Positions 27,951 to 39,567 of a stretch of 64,000 bases of DNA are shown one piece after another. Source of the stretch: Amphiscolops sp. MND2022. Its lineage: Eukaryota. Below the pieces are notes generated by a model. The model searched no databases. It was not told where the DNA came from and worked only from the letters and a program-made list of their open reading frames with translations. Location: contig OZ076409.1 of the NCBI GenBank assembly GCA_964187785.1, positions 33,048,001 through 33,112,000 on the forward strand, in the 5' to 3' direction. A program made the position numbers and the translations under genes. Positions within the stretch are counted from its first letter, which is position 1. Each line of letters begins with the position of its first letter.

Positions 27951-29240
27951 AATGGATTTCAGTCACGCAGGGTAATCTGTGTAATCCGTAAAATGGTCAT
28001 TCAGCGTAAGTTAGTCAAGACAGTCTTTGCCTGGACGGTGTAGCGGTATCAACGCGCGTATTGGAAAATAGTGTAAACTAGTCAACGCACGTAGTTAGTG
28101 AAAAGTGGAAGTTAGTCCAAAAATACGTGAACTTCCTCAAGAGAGAAATGGTCAATATGTTTGTGCTGTGACTGACGGAAACAAGTACAAATTTAGGAAT
28201 GTTTTAAAGTTTGATGAGTTCGAGAAAAAAAGTGATGACTTCCTATTTTACACCTGTTCACCCGTTTTGGATAAATGCTTTCGATGTTCTGAAAGAAAGT
28301 TTTTTCACAGAACCTAGAGAGTTGACTTTGCAAGAAGTAACACAGTCATTTTTTTTACCATTCACAAGGGAAAAAACAATTGAACGTTACCAGAGTTTGT
28401 GAGAACTTTCAAAACAAAATGAAAGCAGCCCACAGGAAGCCAAAAAAGAAGACTGGTCAACAAGCCAACTCTAACACTTGATGCAACTGTAAGTTCAACA
28501 GTGGAAGTGATCTCGCATGCAACCAAAACTCCACCAACCAACGCCCCCAATTCTGATTCAGCAGCTCGGAGACAGTTGAAGCAAGTAGAGATGACTACGA
28601 TGTTCCCGATTCCAAAAAAGCAACTGTTCTATTCCAGAGATAGTTTTGCCAGCATCAATTCAGGAAGTTAAATCTTTGTCTCTGCCATGAGCACAGCTGA
28701 AACTTTTTATTGATCCTTTTTGCTTTCCGTTCGTCCACCAAACTTTTTGAACAATTTGGACTTTAACTCCTACAAAACTCCACTAGAGTAGATATTGTAT
28801 GGTCTTTTTCAGGTGAAAAAAATTCTTTCCTCCAAATAGTCCAGAGGACACTATTCCTACAGCGGCCCAATGCAGCAAAAAAGTATGAGATTTTACTAGA
28901 CTGTGTCTAATACTAGTAGTCGGGAAAATTTTTAAATCAAAGTATTGTTTATACTATCTTGTCCTTCTTGAAACAACTTTCCGATTTCAAAGTCAACTGA
29001 TTTTATATTTTCAACTCTATTTATTGTGATATCATATTTCAACATAAATTCAACTGAAAACAACTGATTTTTAATATAGTTTGTTTACGTAAGACAGTAA
29101 TTTTTCTTATTTACAAGATGATACGTATGACACTAGTGGAGTCTCTCATAAATTTAGAAATTTTTTTGGGACTTCAAAAGAAGTTTAAGTTTTTGAAAGA
29201 GGTTTCGAGTTTTTTTATCTCTGGGCCTAATGCTTTTTCG

Positions 29241-29280
29241 CATAACGAGACAACTCGGTGAAATGGATTTCAGTCACGCA
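29241..29280 (+). repeat. internal degenerate copy of the left terminus
   Basis: CATAACGAGACAACTCGGTGAAATGGATTTCAGTCACGCA versus the terminal CATTACGATACACATCCCGGTAAAATGGATTTCAGTCACGCA. Confidence 0.85.
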
Positions 29281-30459
29281 ACTGTTTTATACAGGACGTT
29301 TCAAAAAGTCTGTGAGTTTTGGATTTTTTGCAAAAATGAAGTCAAATTTAACTAATTTTTTTTCAAACCCAAACCAAACTTCTGGTCGTATAAAAGTAGG
29401 TTCTGATCCTTTGAGGCATATCAAGGCAGTTTGTAATTTGTTTTTTTTTCTCCTAGTCACTTCTACGATCCACTTCTGGTGGCTATCATATCTTTTGAAA
29501 ATGTTTTCTTAATCATTGCAGCAAGTATCGTTGTTTTTGTGATTTGTTTCTGGCTCCTTGCTTAAACAGGTTTTGTATTTGAGGCATATCAAAATGATAC
29601 AAAAACCAATCATCACTCAACGTGGCATCAACTACGTGAAACCTATTTTTCTGAACGTCTTGTTTCCGAGTTTGTTCCAGCGAGAAAGCAATGACTGTCT
29701 TCTTCCCAATGATCGCAGGAAGGCCACAGATTTCCTCAAGAAGCATTTAAAAGATTTATTTTGTACTTTCTTTTTTTCAAGCAAAAACATAACTAGAGAT
29801 TGAAAACGGAATTATCCAAAACATGATTGTGAGATATAAAGAATGCACTTAAACATTGCATTCTAGGTGATTGTTTGTGGCACGTTTTGATTCATGATTG
29901 TTGCAGGACTGAACGTAAACTTCACTGATGGATTCAAGTGAAGGTGTGCTATAAAAGCCCCATGGATTCAAAGAAAGGTGTGCTTTGTTGCAAGAAGACG
30001 CATTCGATTCATTGGTAATATCTTCACCCCCATCATTGATTCCCTGGACGACTTAAAGATTTGTCTATATATGGCTATTTTTCTTTCGCCCAATCCAGAC
30101 TAAACCTCTTTTTCGACATTTGACACTACTTTTTCACAACAGTCATCCTTGCAAGGATCACCCTCGACTGTGGAAACAGGCGTTCCGCTGCAGAATCTTT
30201 GGAGGCCTTCTATCAAAACTATATCGGAATCAAAAATTGCATTGGGTCACTTTATTGAAACTCTCAAGCGTTTTTCACAAGTCAAACCTTCAACAAGAAA
30301 AAACACCTTAGTTCATAAACTTTTTTTCTGAAAACCATTTTTTTTCTGCCAAACTTGTTTTGCCTTGAAACAGAAGACATTCAAATGGAGATTCAATGCC
30401 TACTTACTCTCAGTAATCCGCATGATCTTCTAGTCAAAAGAGGTTGACTGTTACAATGC

Positions 30460-32290
30460 TCTTTCATCAAAGCAACCATTCCCCCTTCGAGACGTGAACT
30501 CCAAGCAATCACATGTAAATTGAACAAAAATTTCAGATCAATACTCACTCCCAGAGAACCCCCGCTGTGTTCCTTGTAAATCTTGTTACATTTGTCAGAT
30601 TCGTTGCCTACAGTTTGTATAACAAGACCAGCTCAGTCGGCTTGAGGGTCGACCTTTATGGAGATGCATTTTCTCGGGGGAAAAAGACGTCGTACGAATG
30701 GCCTTCCGAATTTGCAAAGCGGCATCGAAACTGAGCAATCCGCAACTCATGTATTAACGTTTGCTCTTTTTGAAGTGAGTCGTTCAAGTTTTACTCTGAA
30801 AATTCGAAACTTGATTTCTATTGTGAGTTTTATCAAATTGTTTCTCGAGAACCTAATTTTGGTCCCTGTTGTGAGCTACACCTAATAGTTTAGGGAACGC
30901 AAATCTAAACTGGTTCCCTGTCGTTAGGTACACTTAAATGATTAATAAGTTGTTGGAACACAAAACAAATTTGGTCAGTCGTGCGCAGCAGTTGATTGTT
31001 TTGTTGATTTAATACCAAATTTTTCCCTGTTGTGAAAAACTTGAAGTTGAAACATGAATTGGAGTATTTTCCATGGTGAAGATGTGCGAATCAACCTGAA
31101 ATACAACCTCGCCATGTCAGAAGTGCTTGGAAGGCCTGGATGGTCATACAACGTAACAAAGGCCTTACATGACGAAAGTCCTATACAGAGTTGTTCGGGT
31201 GATTCACCATTCCAACTACGTCTTTTGAAAGGTGTTAGCAGTGATGTTTCTTGTCTGTCAAAGATGTGTCAAGGATGCCGCAGATATTCCGAATCCACCA
31301 CTGAAACAAACAAAAAAGGACATCGCTGAATATAAGAGAGAAATGGAAGGAAAGGGGTGATTCTTCCGTCAACTGTCGATTATGCTACTGGTCGAAGAAC
31401 AGAGTTGATCATTGACATCAACGAATGCATCCCAAAGAATTCTCTCTTTTTTCTCAAATCCACTTTCAATACATGTCCTGATCTGCTGCATATGGTTGTT
31501 CGTTCAGTCGAAAGTGACTTGAAGTTAGTTACATGTGGACTCACTGTTGCTGTTGAAAGACCATGCAGCAATATCTAGGCTCGAATGTAACATAAGGTAA
31601 GGAAATGTGAAACCGCCGAGATTCAAGTTTGAGATAGTTGAAAACCCTTGCAAGGCTGTATCTCTCTGTTTCAGCGACGCCGTGGTCGTTATATCCAATC
31701 TGCAACAGAATCAGCAACTATGGCCAATCAGACTGCCCAATTTTTGAAGGCGTGTGTTCATTCGAAAAACATCATGTCTACAAAGCTGACCAAACAATCT
31801 GTACAACGTCTGATAACGTACAGGTATCATTGGTTGATTTGGTTGATTTGGGTTGGAGGCACCTTTCATAAAAGGAGTGGGCAATTCTGTTCGGAAACTG
31901 GCTGACCTTCAATTCCGATCTCTTTATCAGTTTTTTTGATTTGATTCTACAGAGAGAATTCAGACTTTCCAATGTGTAAAAATCTCTAGGATTTAATATC
32001 AGTCAACTTTATGTTTTTTCGGTGATCGTGCGTTGACGCTATACAAATTGAAATTGGATTTATTACTCAGAATTTGTGAGAAGGGAGAGCTTCTGTCTCC
32101 ATTTTTTTACATGACAGAAGGAACTGAAAAAAGTCACCACACGGCAGCCAAAGACTACAATACGAAGACAATGCGTGATGGTGGTAACGATGCTTGGAAC
32201 ATGTCATCCAGTTATCTCAATATTCACCTTTCCTTCTACAGTGCAATTAGTTTTTGTTCTGCGACACTTGAATCTTACCGGAAGTTGTAA
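30460..32290 (+). pseudogene. RAG1/Transib-like DDE transposase core (intron-containing, frameshifted)
   Basis: Motifs in the expected order: IPPSRRELQAITCKLN; VDLYGD(30663)AFSRG...VVRMAFRI; EQSATHVLTFALFE | GT donor 30775 | GED; SGD(31201)SPFQLRLL followed by CQGC; CPDLLHMVVRSVE; LTLYKLKL...FYMTEGTE(32126)KSHH...Y..KT..DGG. The last parallels the RAG1 SEGNE region. Confidence 0.75.
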
Positions 32291-32420
32291 GGAAAAACAA
32301 ATATTATCTTGAAAATTGCCGTGAACCCTTTCCAGAACCCGAACTTGATTATTTTAGAACTGAAGACATGTTTAGAGGTCCGATATGACATGCATGTACT
32401 GCATACTCATAGGTAATGAC

Positions 32421-32726
32421 ATGCATTTTGTCGTTCTTGGAAAATATGGCCACCTGTAAAAAACTCAAGCGATTCTTGGAAAGAAGATCACAGAAAACGG
32501 AGGAAATGTTGTTTCGTATGAAGATAACATCATTGCTGACCTTTTTGAGCCATCGTTATTGCTTGTTACCAAATCGAAATTGTATCGATGCATTCGTTAA
32601 TGGTCAACCAAGTAAAAAAAGCAACAAAAACCCGTTCCAATACGATACTTGAACGCTGAATTTGTAGTCGCCTGAGTGTAGAAGAAGGCCTTGATTGATC
32701 CCAAAGGTTATGTGTTCGAAGTAGAT
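32421..32726 (+). pseudogene. BRCT-like domain downstream of the transposase core
   Basis: Hand translation: MHFVVLGKYGHL*KTQAILGKKITENGGNVV..., then LNAEFVVA*V*KKALIDPKGYVF. These match the typical BRCT beta1/alpha1-GG and C-terminal patterns. Confidence 0.65.
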
Positions 32727-32915
32727 CAGTCTGCGAGAGCCAAATTCAAAACAATGAAGTACATATCTGTGGCCCCGCGATTACAACGTCAATCAAACCC
32801 CTACGACATGGTTCATTAACTTACCATACAGCAATGCGGAAATACAAGAATACAAGAACACACTAAAAACGGCGGCCCTGAAGTGAAAAGTAGACGACGT
32901 TTAATACCGACTGAA

Positions 32916-33222
32916 TTCAGTGCAGATCTAAAACTTACTCATTTTATCAGACAAGGTACCTTTAACCGCCTAATTATCATTTCAGTGCAGATCTAAAATT
33001 TACTTTTTCCATCAGGCAAGGTCCTTTTGACCGCTTCTTTATCATTTCAGTGCAGATCTAAAACTACCTTGTCTTATCAGACAAGGTCCCTTTGACCGCT
33101 TCATTATCATTTCAGTGCAGCTCTAAAACTTACCAATTTTATCAGATAAGGTCCCTTTGACGGCATAATTGTCATTTCAGTGCATATCTAAAACTTATGA
33201 ATTATGTAATTTCAGTGCAGAT
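32916..33222 (+). repeat. 65-bp tandem minisatellite (~4.5 copies) inside the transposon
   Basis: TTCAGTGCA starts at 32916, 32981, 33046, 33111 and 33176 (exact 65-bp period), with a partial unit at 33211. Confidence 0.95.
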
Positions 33223-34481
33223 TCAGAAAAAATTTTTTCTTTCAGACAGGTTCACTAATAATCGCAGTTCAATTTATTTTTTCATAGTATATCTTTTCGC
33301 CGTGACGCAACCTATTTTTTCATAGTTTATCTTTTTGCTGTGACGTTTTCTCTGAAAATTCCTTCAGTCGAAGTTTTGATCCCCTTCGAGAGCGCAATTT
33401 TTGCATTCATCAAGTTGACATTCCCTCTGTAACCTTACTTACTTTTGAATGATCTACGACAGCTGCGCGTGAATGATTTATGAGGAGTTGTGACTTCCTG
33501 GAATAGTGTGACTTGTTGTGAGTTGTTGAATGTATATAGTTGACTATCATTTCATAGTTTGTTTCATACGATATCGAATGGAGTACTCATGAGTGACTTC
33601 CTGGATTTTTTTCACTTGATATCAAATGGCAACACTGCCGACTACGCCATCAACGTCTCATCGAAAGACACCAGAGAAAGTCTCCTGCGGCCGAGAGTCG
33701 ATCACCAGAAAGATTTCAAAAAACAATAGTTTTTCTGATCAAGCTGTAACAATTTGCTAATTTCTTCCACGGAAGAGTTTAATCTGACGTATGGAATTCC
33801 TTTTAGGCACTTGTGACGTTTTGGACCAACTGTCCAACATCCTACGCCACTGCAAAGTCTGTCCCCGAATGCCACGGTAGTAGTTCAAGCTCATGGGGAG
33901 AAAGTGCCAGCTCTTCGGCCAGATCATTTTCGCCAAAAAGCTACTGAAGAAGCACTACATTACAAAGTATTGTAAGGAGCTGCAAAAGCGGAAAGCAGAA
34001 GGCCTGCCTACCCGAATGTACCAATACGGTTAGTCATTACCATGTATATTAGATTTTTACCTACTTGTGAACACTTTGAAGTGTTCAGTGTATCATGTCC
34101 AAAAAGATAAGGAAACTCAATGATGTTGCTTTTGAAAAAAAGTCGCGCTTTCAAACAAAAGGTGTGTTTAAATTCTCGTAAGTTGTATGTTACAGCAGCT
34201 CAAAAGGCTTGAAGCGGAAGCCTAACTTATGCTACGGCAGAAAATGCGGCAAGTCATATGTTTACCCTTTTGACTTGCGCGTACACTTTTTGAAAAATCC
34301 TCAAGGCCTGTAAGGAGCGAATGTGCGCGACTTTCGTAAAATACATGGAACAACTGCAATTTGATCCCTGTCGTGAGCTTGTTTTCCAACTTGTCTATTA
34401 AATGCATTTGAACTATTCTAACGAGTAGAAAGTTGTCTGCCTTACTCCCGTCTTAGTCATTTAATGAGCATTTCATTTCAG

Positions 34482-35210
34482 AGTCGCGGACATCCAGACA
34501 TCCTCAGTCTGAATGAGTTCAAGCAGGAACTCATCAACGCGGACAGAAGCAGCGTTTACTATCATTTATTCGCTATAGACATCGGCATGCGGTCAAATGT
34601 AAATAAGGGGCTCTTTTGATGGAGAACGCAAATTCACTGGAAATTTTCTTCTCTGATTTTCCCCATCCTCCTGTTTAGTGGCCTAAAAACTGGACTTCTA
34701 CTGGAGGATTCTACTCAACATAATGCACATTGTTTTGAAACAACTTCTTCAACGTAAATTGATTTTTTGGCTTTTCAGTCCATCTACAGCGTGCCAACGA
34801 TGATAAAAAAAGGTCGTCAGTGAACCACCTTGTGGATGAGCTGGTCAGTAAGTCAGAAGAACCGTTCTCAGTAGCAACTTCATACTACTTGCTGATCTCC
34901 AACGATGGTTGTCAAACAACTTGGCACACGGACTTCAGTTCAACATCTGTCTTTTATACATTCTTGACTGGGTCCAAGACCTTCTTTCTGGTTGCACCAT
35001 GCAGTCCTCACTCCGTGGAGAGGGACGAATTTCCTTTCAGAAGGCCACTCGAATCAGATCAAGAAGGCAATCATTGAAGAAGACTCTTTCAGGGATCATG
35101 AGAAGTTTCCGGGCATGTTGGAAATGCTAGCCATTTTGATGCTCCGGACCTCCTCCGACTTCACATGGTCATTGAGAATCGATATCAAGAAAGTGAAGCC
35201 GTTGCTGTGA
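34482..35210 (+). pseudogene. JmjC histone-demethylase domain, KDM2/KDM7(PHF8)-type, spliced and decayed
   Basis: Exon 34482-34598 (LSLNEFKQEL...YHLFAIDIG), GT-AG intron 34599-34778, then YYLLISNDGCQTTWHTDFSSTSVFYTFLTGSKTFFLVAP (HxD). After a deletion/frameshift: HAVLTP...GTNFL...EKFPGM. Family consensus for comparison: YCLMSV.GCYTDFH.DFGGTSVWYH...G.K.F.LIPP and HAV.TP......GGNFL. Confidence 0.88.
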
Positions 35211-35441
35211 GATCCATTTTTTATCCAAGTTCACATTCGTTTCGAATTAAACTAGTGATCGAATTTAGTATTGTATAATGAAGCCGTAATGTGACTCACG
35301 ACAGTAATCAAAATCAAATTTTGAACAATTATGACGTTGTGACTCACAACAGTAACCAAATTTGAAATAGGTAGTCAACAAAGTTGATAAAATAACATAG
35401 TGAATTATCACGAGTTTTTTTCACACTTGCCCAGAATTCAG

Positions 35442-35586
35442 CAAGGAGAGACTCGTCCACAAAATTTGCTTGCGGAAAGACTTCGTAAACGATATTTGTG
35501 TGACAGCGTTCACGGAGAGGGCCTCAAAAAAGGCCTATTTTGTTTGCCCCAAGCCTTGCTTCAGAAGAAGGAGAACTGGGATATGA
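35442..35586 (+). pseudogene. possible PHD-finger exon (C-terminal half) following the JmjC domain
   Basis: After an AG at 35441 the frame reads KERLVHKICL...YFVCPKPC...stop. This resembles the HxxC...CPxC half of PHD fingers such as that of KDM2. Confidence 0.5.
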
Positions 35587-35999
35587 ACGAAGACGGCGTG
35601 AGGGTCTCGAAGGAAGCAAATTCTGAGGAGCACCTCACTTTTTTTCTGAAGACCTGATGTTGACGAACCGAATTGTGATGTTTTTATCAGCTATGAGGAA
35701 GCCATCACGTATGTTCTTCCACGACCGTCACAAACTGTCAGAGGGTTGCACAAAGTGCCAAAAAGAAGAACCTTCGTTCAAGAGCGTGCTAAGTTTGTTT
35801 ACCATCCGAGTAACATTCTTGTTGATTCGTTTTAATTTATATAAAGGTAATGTAAATGATAATATTCAACTCGAAACTGGTCACCTCGTTAAACATCTTA
35901 CATTTGATGTTTTTCTTTCTTCGAAAAGACTTCAAAATTAAATTAATGGAGTGTTAATCGAAGTCAATGTTATTGTTTCAGAATTCAGACCATCCACTG

Positions 36000-38344
36000 A
36001 TCGTTACGTTGTTTCGATCATTAGCCATCCTGTCCCTGCCTGCATACAGTTGTGCTACTTAACATGTTGAACTTTGTGGTCTCCGAGTTTTTTGTTGTGC
36101 TCAGTAAAATGTACACTGTGGCTCGATTTACAACAATTGAATGGCATTTCGTTATCGTTAAGTAAAGCACGCATAAACCATTACACGAAAAAACACGATC
36201 GAAGTCTATTTCTGATCTCTTCAACGGAATTTGCATCTTTCCACTTTGCCACCAACTTGAAGTTTGAGAAAAAAACGCTCTGGAGTCTCGAAGGACCGTC
36301 AATGACTCGAAAGTTCTTCGTAGTAATTTTTGTTGAAACATTCAGCAACTTTTTACAGCAAAGTCCAATGACGCAATAGTCAAATTAAAATGTCTTATTT
36401 CATTGATAACTTCACCGTGAAAAGTCCGTTGTTGACCATTATTCAAATGTTAGGTTACTTTTCATTTATTACGTTAATGTGTACAATTTACCTTCAATTT
36501 GTGGTGCATTTGTACAGCCTTGATCTTTTGTAAGTTTGTAACCTTCTGGATTGTACCTTTTTGTGTTTTGGACAATTACTGTCGGAATTGTCGAGTAGTT
36601 GTTTCCAAAAAAAGAGGAACATCTACCGTCGGGAATATTGGGTGGTTGTATCCAAAAAAGTTGTCAACTACTGTCCAAATCAATTTTTGATGGCCGACGG
36701 AAATCATCGGTTCATCGAATAGGAGTTTCCAATTAACTTTCAGAACAAGACGAGTCTGAACAAGACAAGCAAAATCCTCTTTGTTAAGGAGAATAACAGG
36801 TTTTTAGGCTGTTTGATTACAAACAGGAGTGTGTAATGTCGGAGATGAATCAATTCTAGAAACCACTAGTTTGTTAAAAAACTCTGCGACGAAGCAAACA
36901 AAAAACGAGCTCATGTTTAGGTAATTTACAGTGTTCTCGAGGAAATATAAATTGTCAGATTGGGTTTGTTCGGGAGAATTTAATGTGAAAACTATGCATA
37001 ATATTTCGAAAACAGTTGATAACTTTCGAAATCGAAGTTTGTCTCTAGATTCAATAGCTTTGTGTTAGTTGAAGCAAAGACTTGGCTACAAACTGTTGAT
37101 AAATCAGTCAGAGAATAGAAAAACGATGAAAGGTCCCAATTTTACACAGAATCAGCTGTCTGTAAGTACAATTTTTGTCTAAAAGTTTTCCAAATTGAAC
37201 TAATCTAAACTAGAAGAAATTTTGAAGATACGTTTCTTTCTGACAATTTTCCAAATTTTTCCAGAAAAAATCGAGCCTGAAAGTGCTCGGGGGATGTTTT
37301 CTTAATCACAGTACTGTAGCTCTCAACCAATGAAATGAACGTGTGGGTCTCAAGTAGCCAATGATATTTGTTTGTTCGTTCCGGCTGCCCTATTGTTCTT
37401 CAAAAGTCGATCAAATCACTTGACTCCAATTGTTGTTTGTTATGTTTGCTATCGAATATAGACTCAAATTGTTTCAATTATTTTTGAGAATCAACAGAAG
37501 TACAGGTACTTTTTGAAAATCGTCGTGTATTATTCAGTATTCTTTTTTTCTTACGATGTGTTTTCAGAAAAAAAAAACGAGTTTCGATGAATATTGTATT
37601 TTGAATACAAAATTAGCACCACCTTAAAATTAATACAAAAATGGCACCATCTTCCTTATTTATAATGAAATGTGAACATTCTGAACTGTTTGGTGAAGAA
37701 AATCACAAGAAAATGATATTTGAAAACAACAATTTATCTCTTGAAGATCAAATAAACAATGAGTTTTGAAATTTTAATGTTTTAGAAATACTTGACTTCT
37801 CTGTTGAAAATTTCGTTGAAATCATTTCAACTAAACTTTGGGTCCCTCGGACAATATTTTAGCCTGAGCAGGCATCCTTGTTTCCTGCAGTGAGGGCACT
37901 TGACCCAAATGGCAGTTTCCCTGTAAATGACAGAGGTCCTTATTTTCGAACGACATGTTGGTTGAGTTTCCTTTTTCAAAATCTGTAACCAAGTGTGTTT
38001 CAAAGATTCCAGGATCACACAAAAGTGAAGAACACGCCTCAAAAAATTTATCACTGACAGGAATATGTGAAAACAGCTTCGATAACAGTTTTTAAAAGCA
38101 AGCTTATGTTAAACTTACCTCCCAACCACTTTGATCCAGGCTTGACAGCACTGATCGCAAATCGCGTGTTCATCATGGAGAATCCAAACGGAGGAATAGA
38201 CATTGTTTTCACAGATGGCGCAGAGCATTTCCAGATGGTTAATATGGCGGTGGATATTATGTTTTTTAAAATTATATCAGTCTTGTCGCACGGTTGTTTG
38301 GAGGTCGAATGGTCAAAACAACCGGCCCGGTACATATAGAACAC
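36000..38344 (-). pseudogene. possible third, convergently oriented gene remnant, product unknown
   Basis: Long minus-strand reading frames with only one or two stops at ~36000-36380 and ~36490-36914, plus ORFs 37827-38054 and 38051-38344. No domain recognised. Confidence 0.3.
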
Positions 38345-39567
38345 ATAGTAAAAGGAAATATTTGAACTTCAATCTGTCAGTATCTTTTATTTCTATGTAC
38401 GAACAAGTTGCCTTACTTCATGACTTGACAACCTGCAAGTCCTTTTAATCTTTTCACTAAAGTAACCACCTAATAAATTTAGAAACTCTGTACCACCTAT
38501 TAATTGGTTAGTAAACGAACGCGGTACTGCGGTAGTGATATGGAAGAGTCATCTTGTTTATCATCTTATTTTGAAACAAACAACAGTATTCCATGTGATT
38601 TCTTCAATGTTCCTTTTTCCTGCAACCTCCAGTCAATATGTCCGTGGACAGGTCTCAACAATATTTGCTAAACTATCTTTCAATGGTCAGGGTATTTTGA
38701 TCGATGGTATTTACAGAATTTTGATCCCTGTCGTGAGCAACATCAGGAAAAATTACAAATAGTCTATACGAAGTTGAAACTTTATCAAACTGAAAACAAT
38801 AGTTTAAGGATTACTAACCATGAAATATGGAACTAAAAACGAAGTTTGTATCATGTGCTTTATTATCCCTCACATAAACAATGTTTCTTATCCAACAACA
38901 ACCACCCATTTAAGTCCCCCCAAAGAAAAGAAAGTAGGTCACTAATCCAAGGTGAGCATTATAAACAAAGCATGTTAACAAACCTTAAATTTTTTGAACC
39001 TGAAAACAAAACTTGGTTTTACTGATAAAATTAAATTCAATACAAATCATGAAACAATGAACTGATTACAAATACTTACACTGACAGTAAAACTACGTAT
39101 GTACGCATAATCTAAACGGGCGATTGATTGGTCATCAATTTATTGAAATTGGTAATTTTGGCGCCTGTCGTCAGCACTTCAATTAGCACTGCCAGTGTCT
39201 ATTCACTAGTACTACTAATATTATTACTACTAATGTATTAAGATTAACTGATTGATACTGTGTATGCGAATCAAGCAGTGTAGTTATGAGTCGGTCGGTG
39301 TTACTCACCAGAAAGACCCGTAATTACCAAAACTATGTGTAAATATGAGATGCACAGTGTGGTAGACAAATTGCGTAGACACGATGACCGGTGTAAACTA
39401 GTCAATTACTGTAATTTTCGATGGCGTAAACTGGTTAACTTACAAAGCTGTGTCAACTAGTGTAACGTCCTATCAATGAGTGTAATGTGTGACAAGTGTA
39501 AAACTTCCAAAAAAACATTCGCGTTCTGATTGGACAAAAATCGGACTAGCGGGATCCTGCTAGTTCG

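Noticed and set aside
28105..30330. Cys-containing ORF fragments as a defined N-terminal zinc-finger domain of the transposase
   Set aside because: Plausibly 5' exons of the transposase, but too fragmented to assign a domain by eye.
36000..38344. Calling the convergent frames RAG2-like (i.e. a ProtoRAG)
   Set aside because: No kelch-repeat pattern is visible, and the ends lack RSS-like heptamer/nonamer sequences and a 5-bp TSD.
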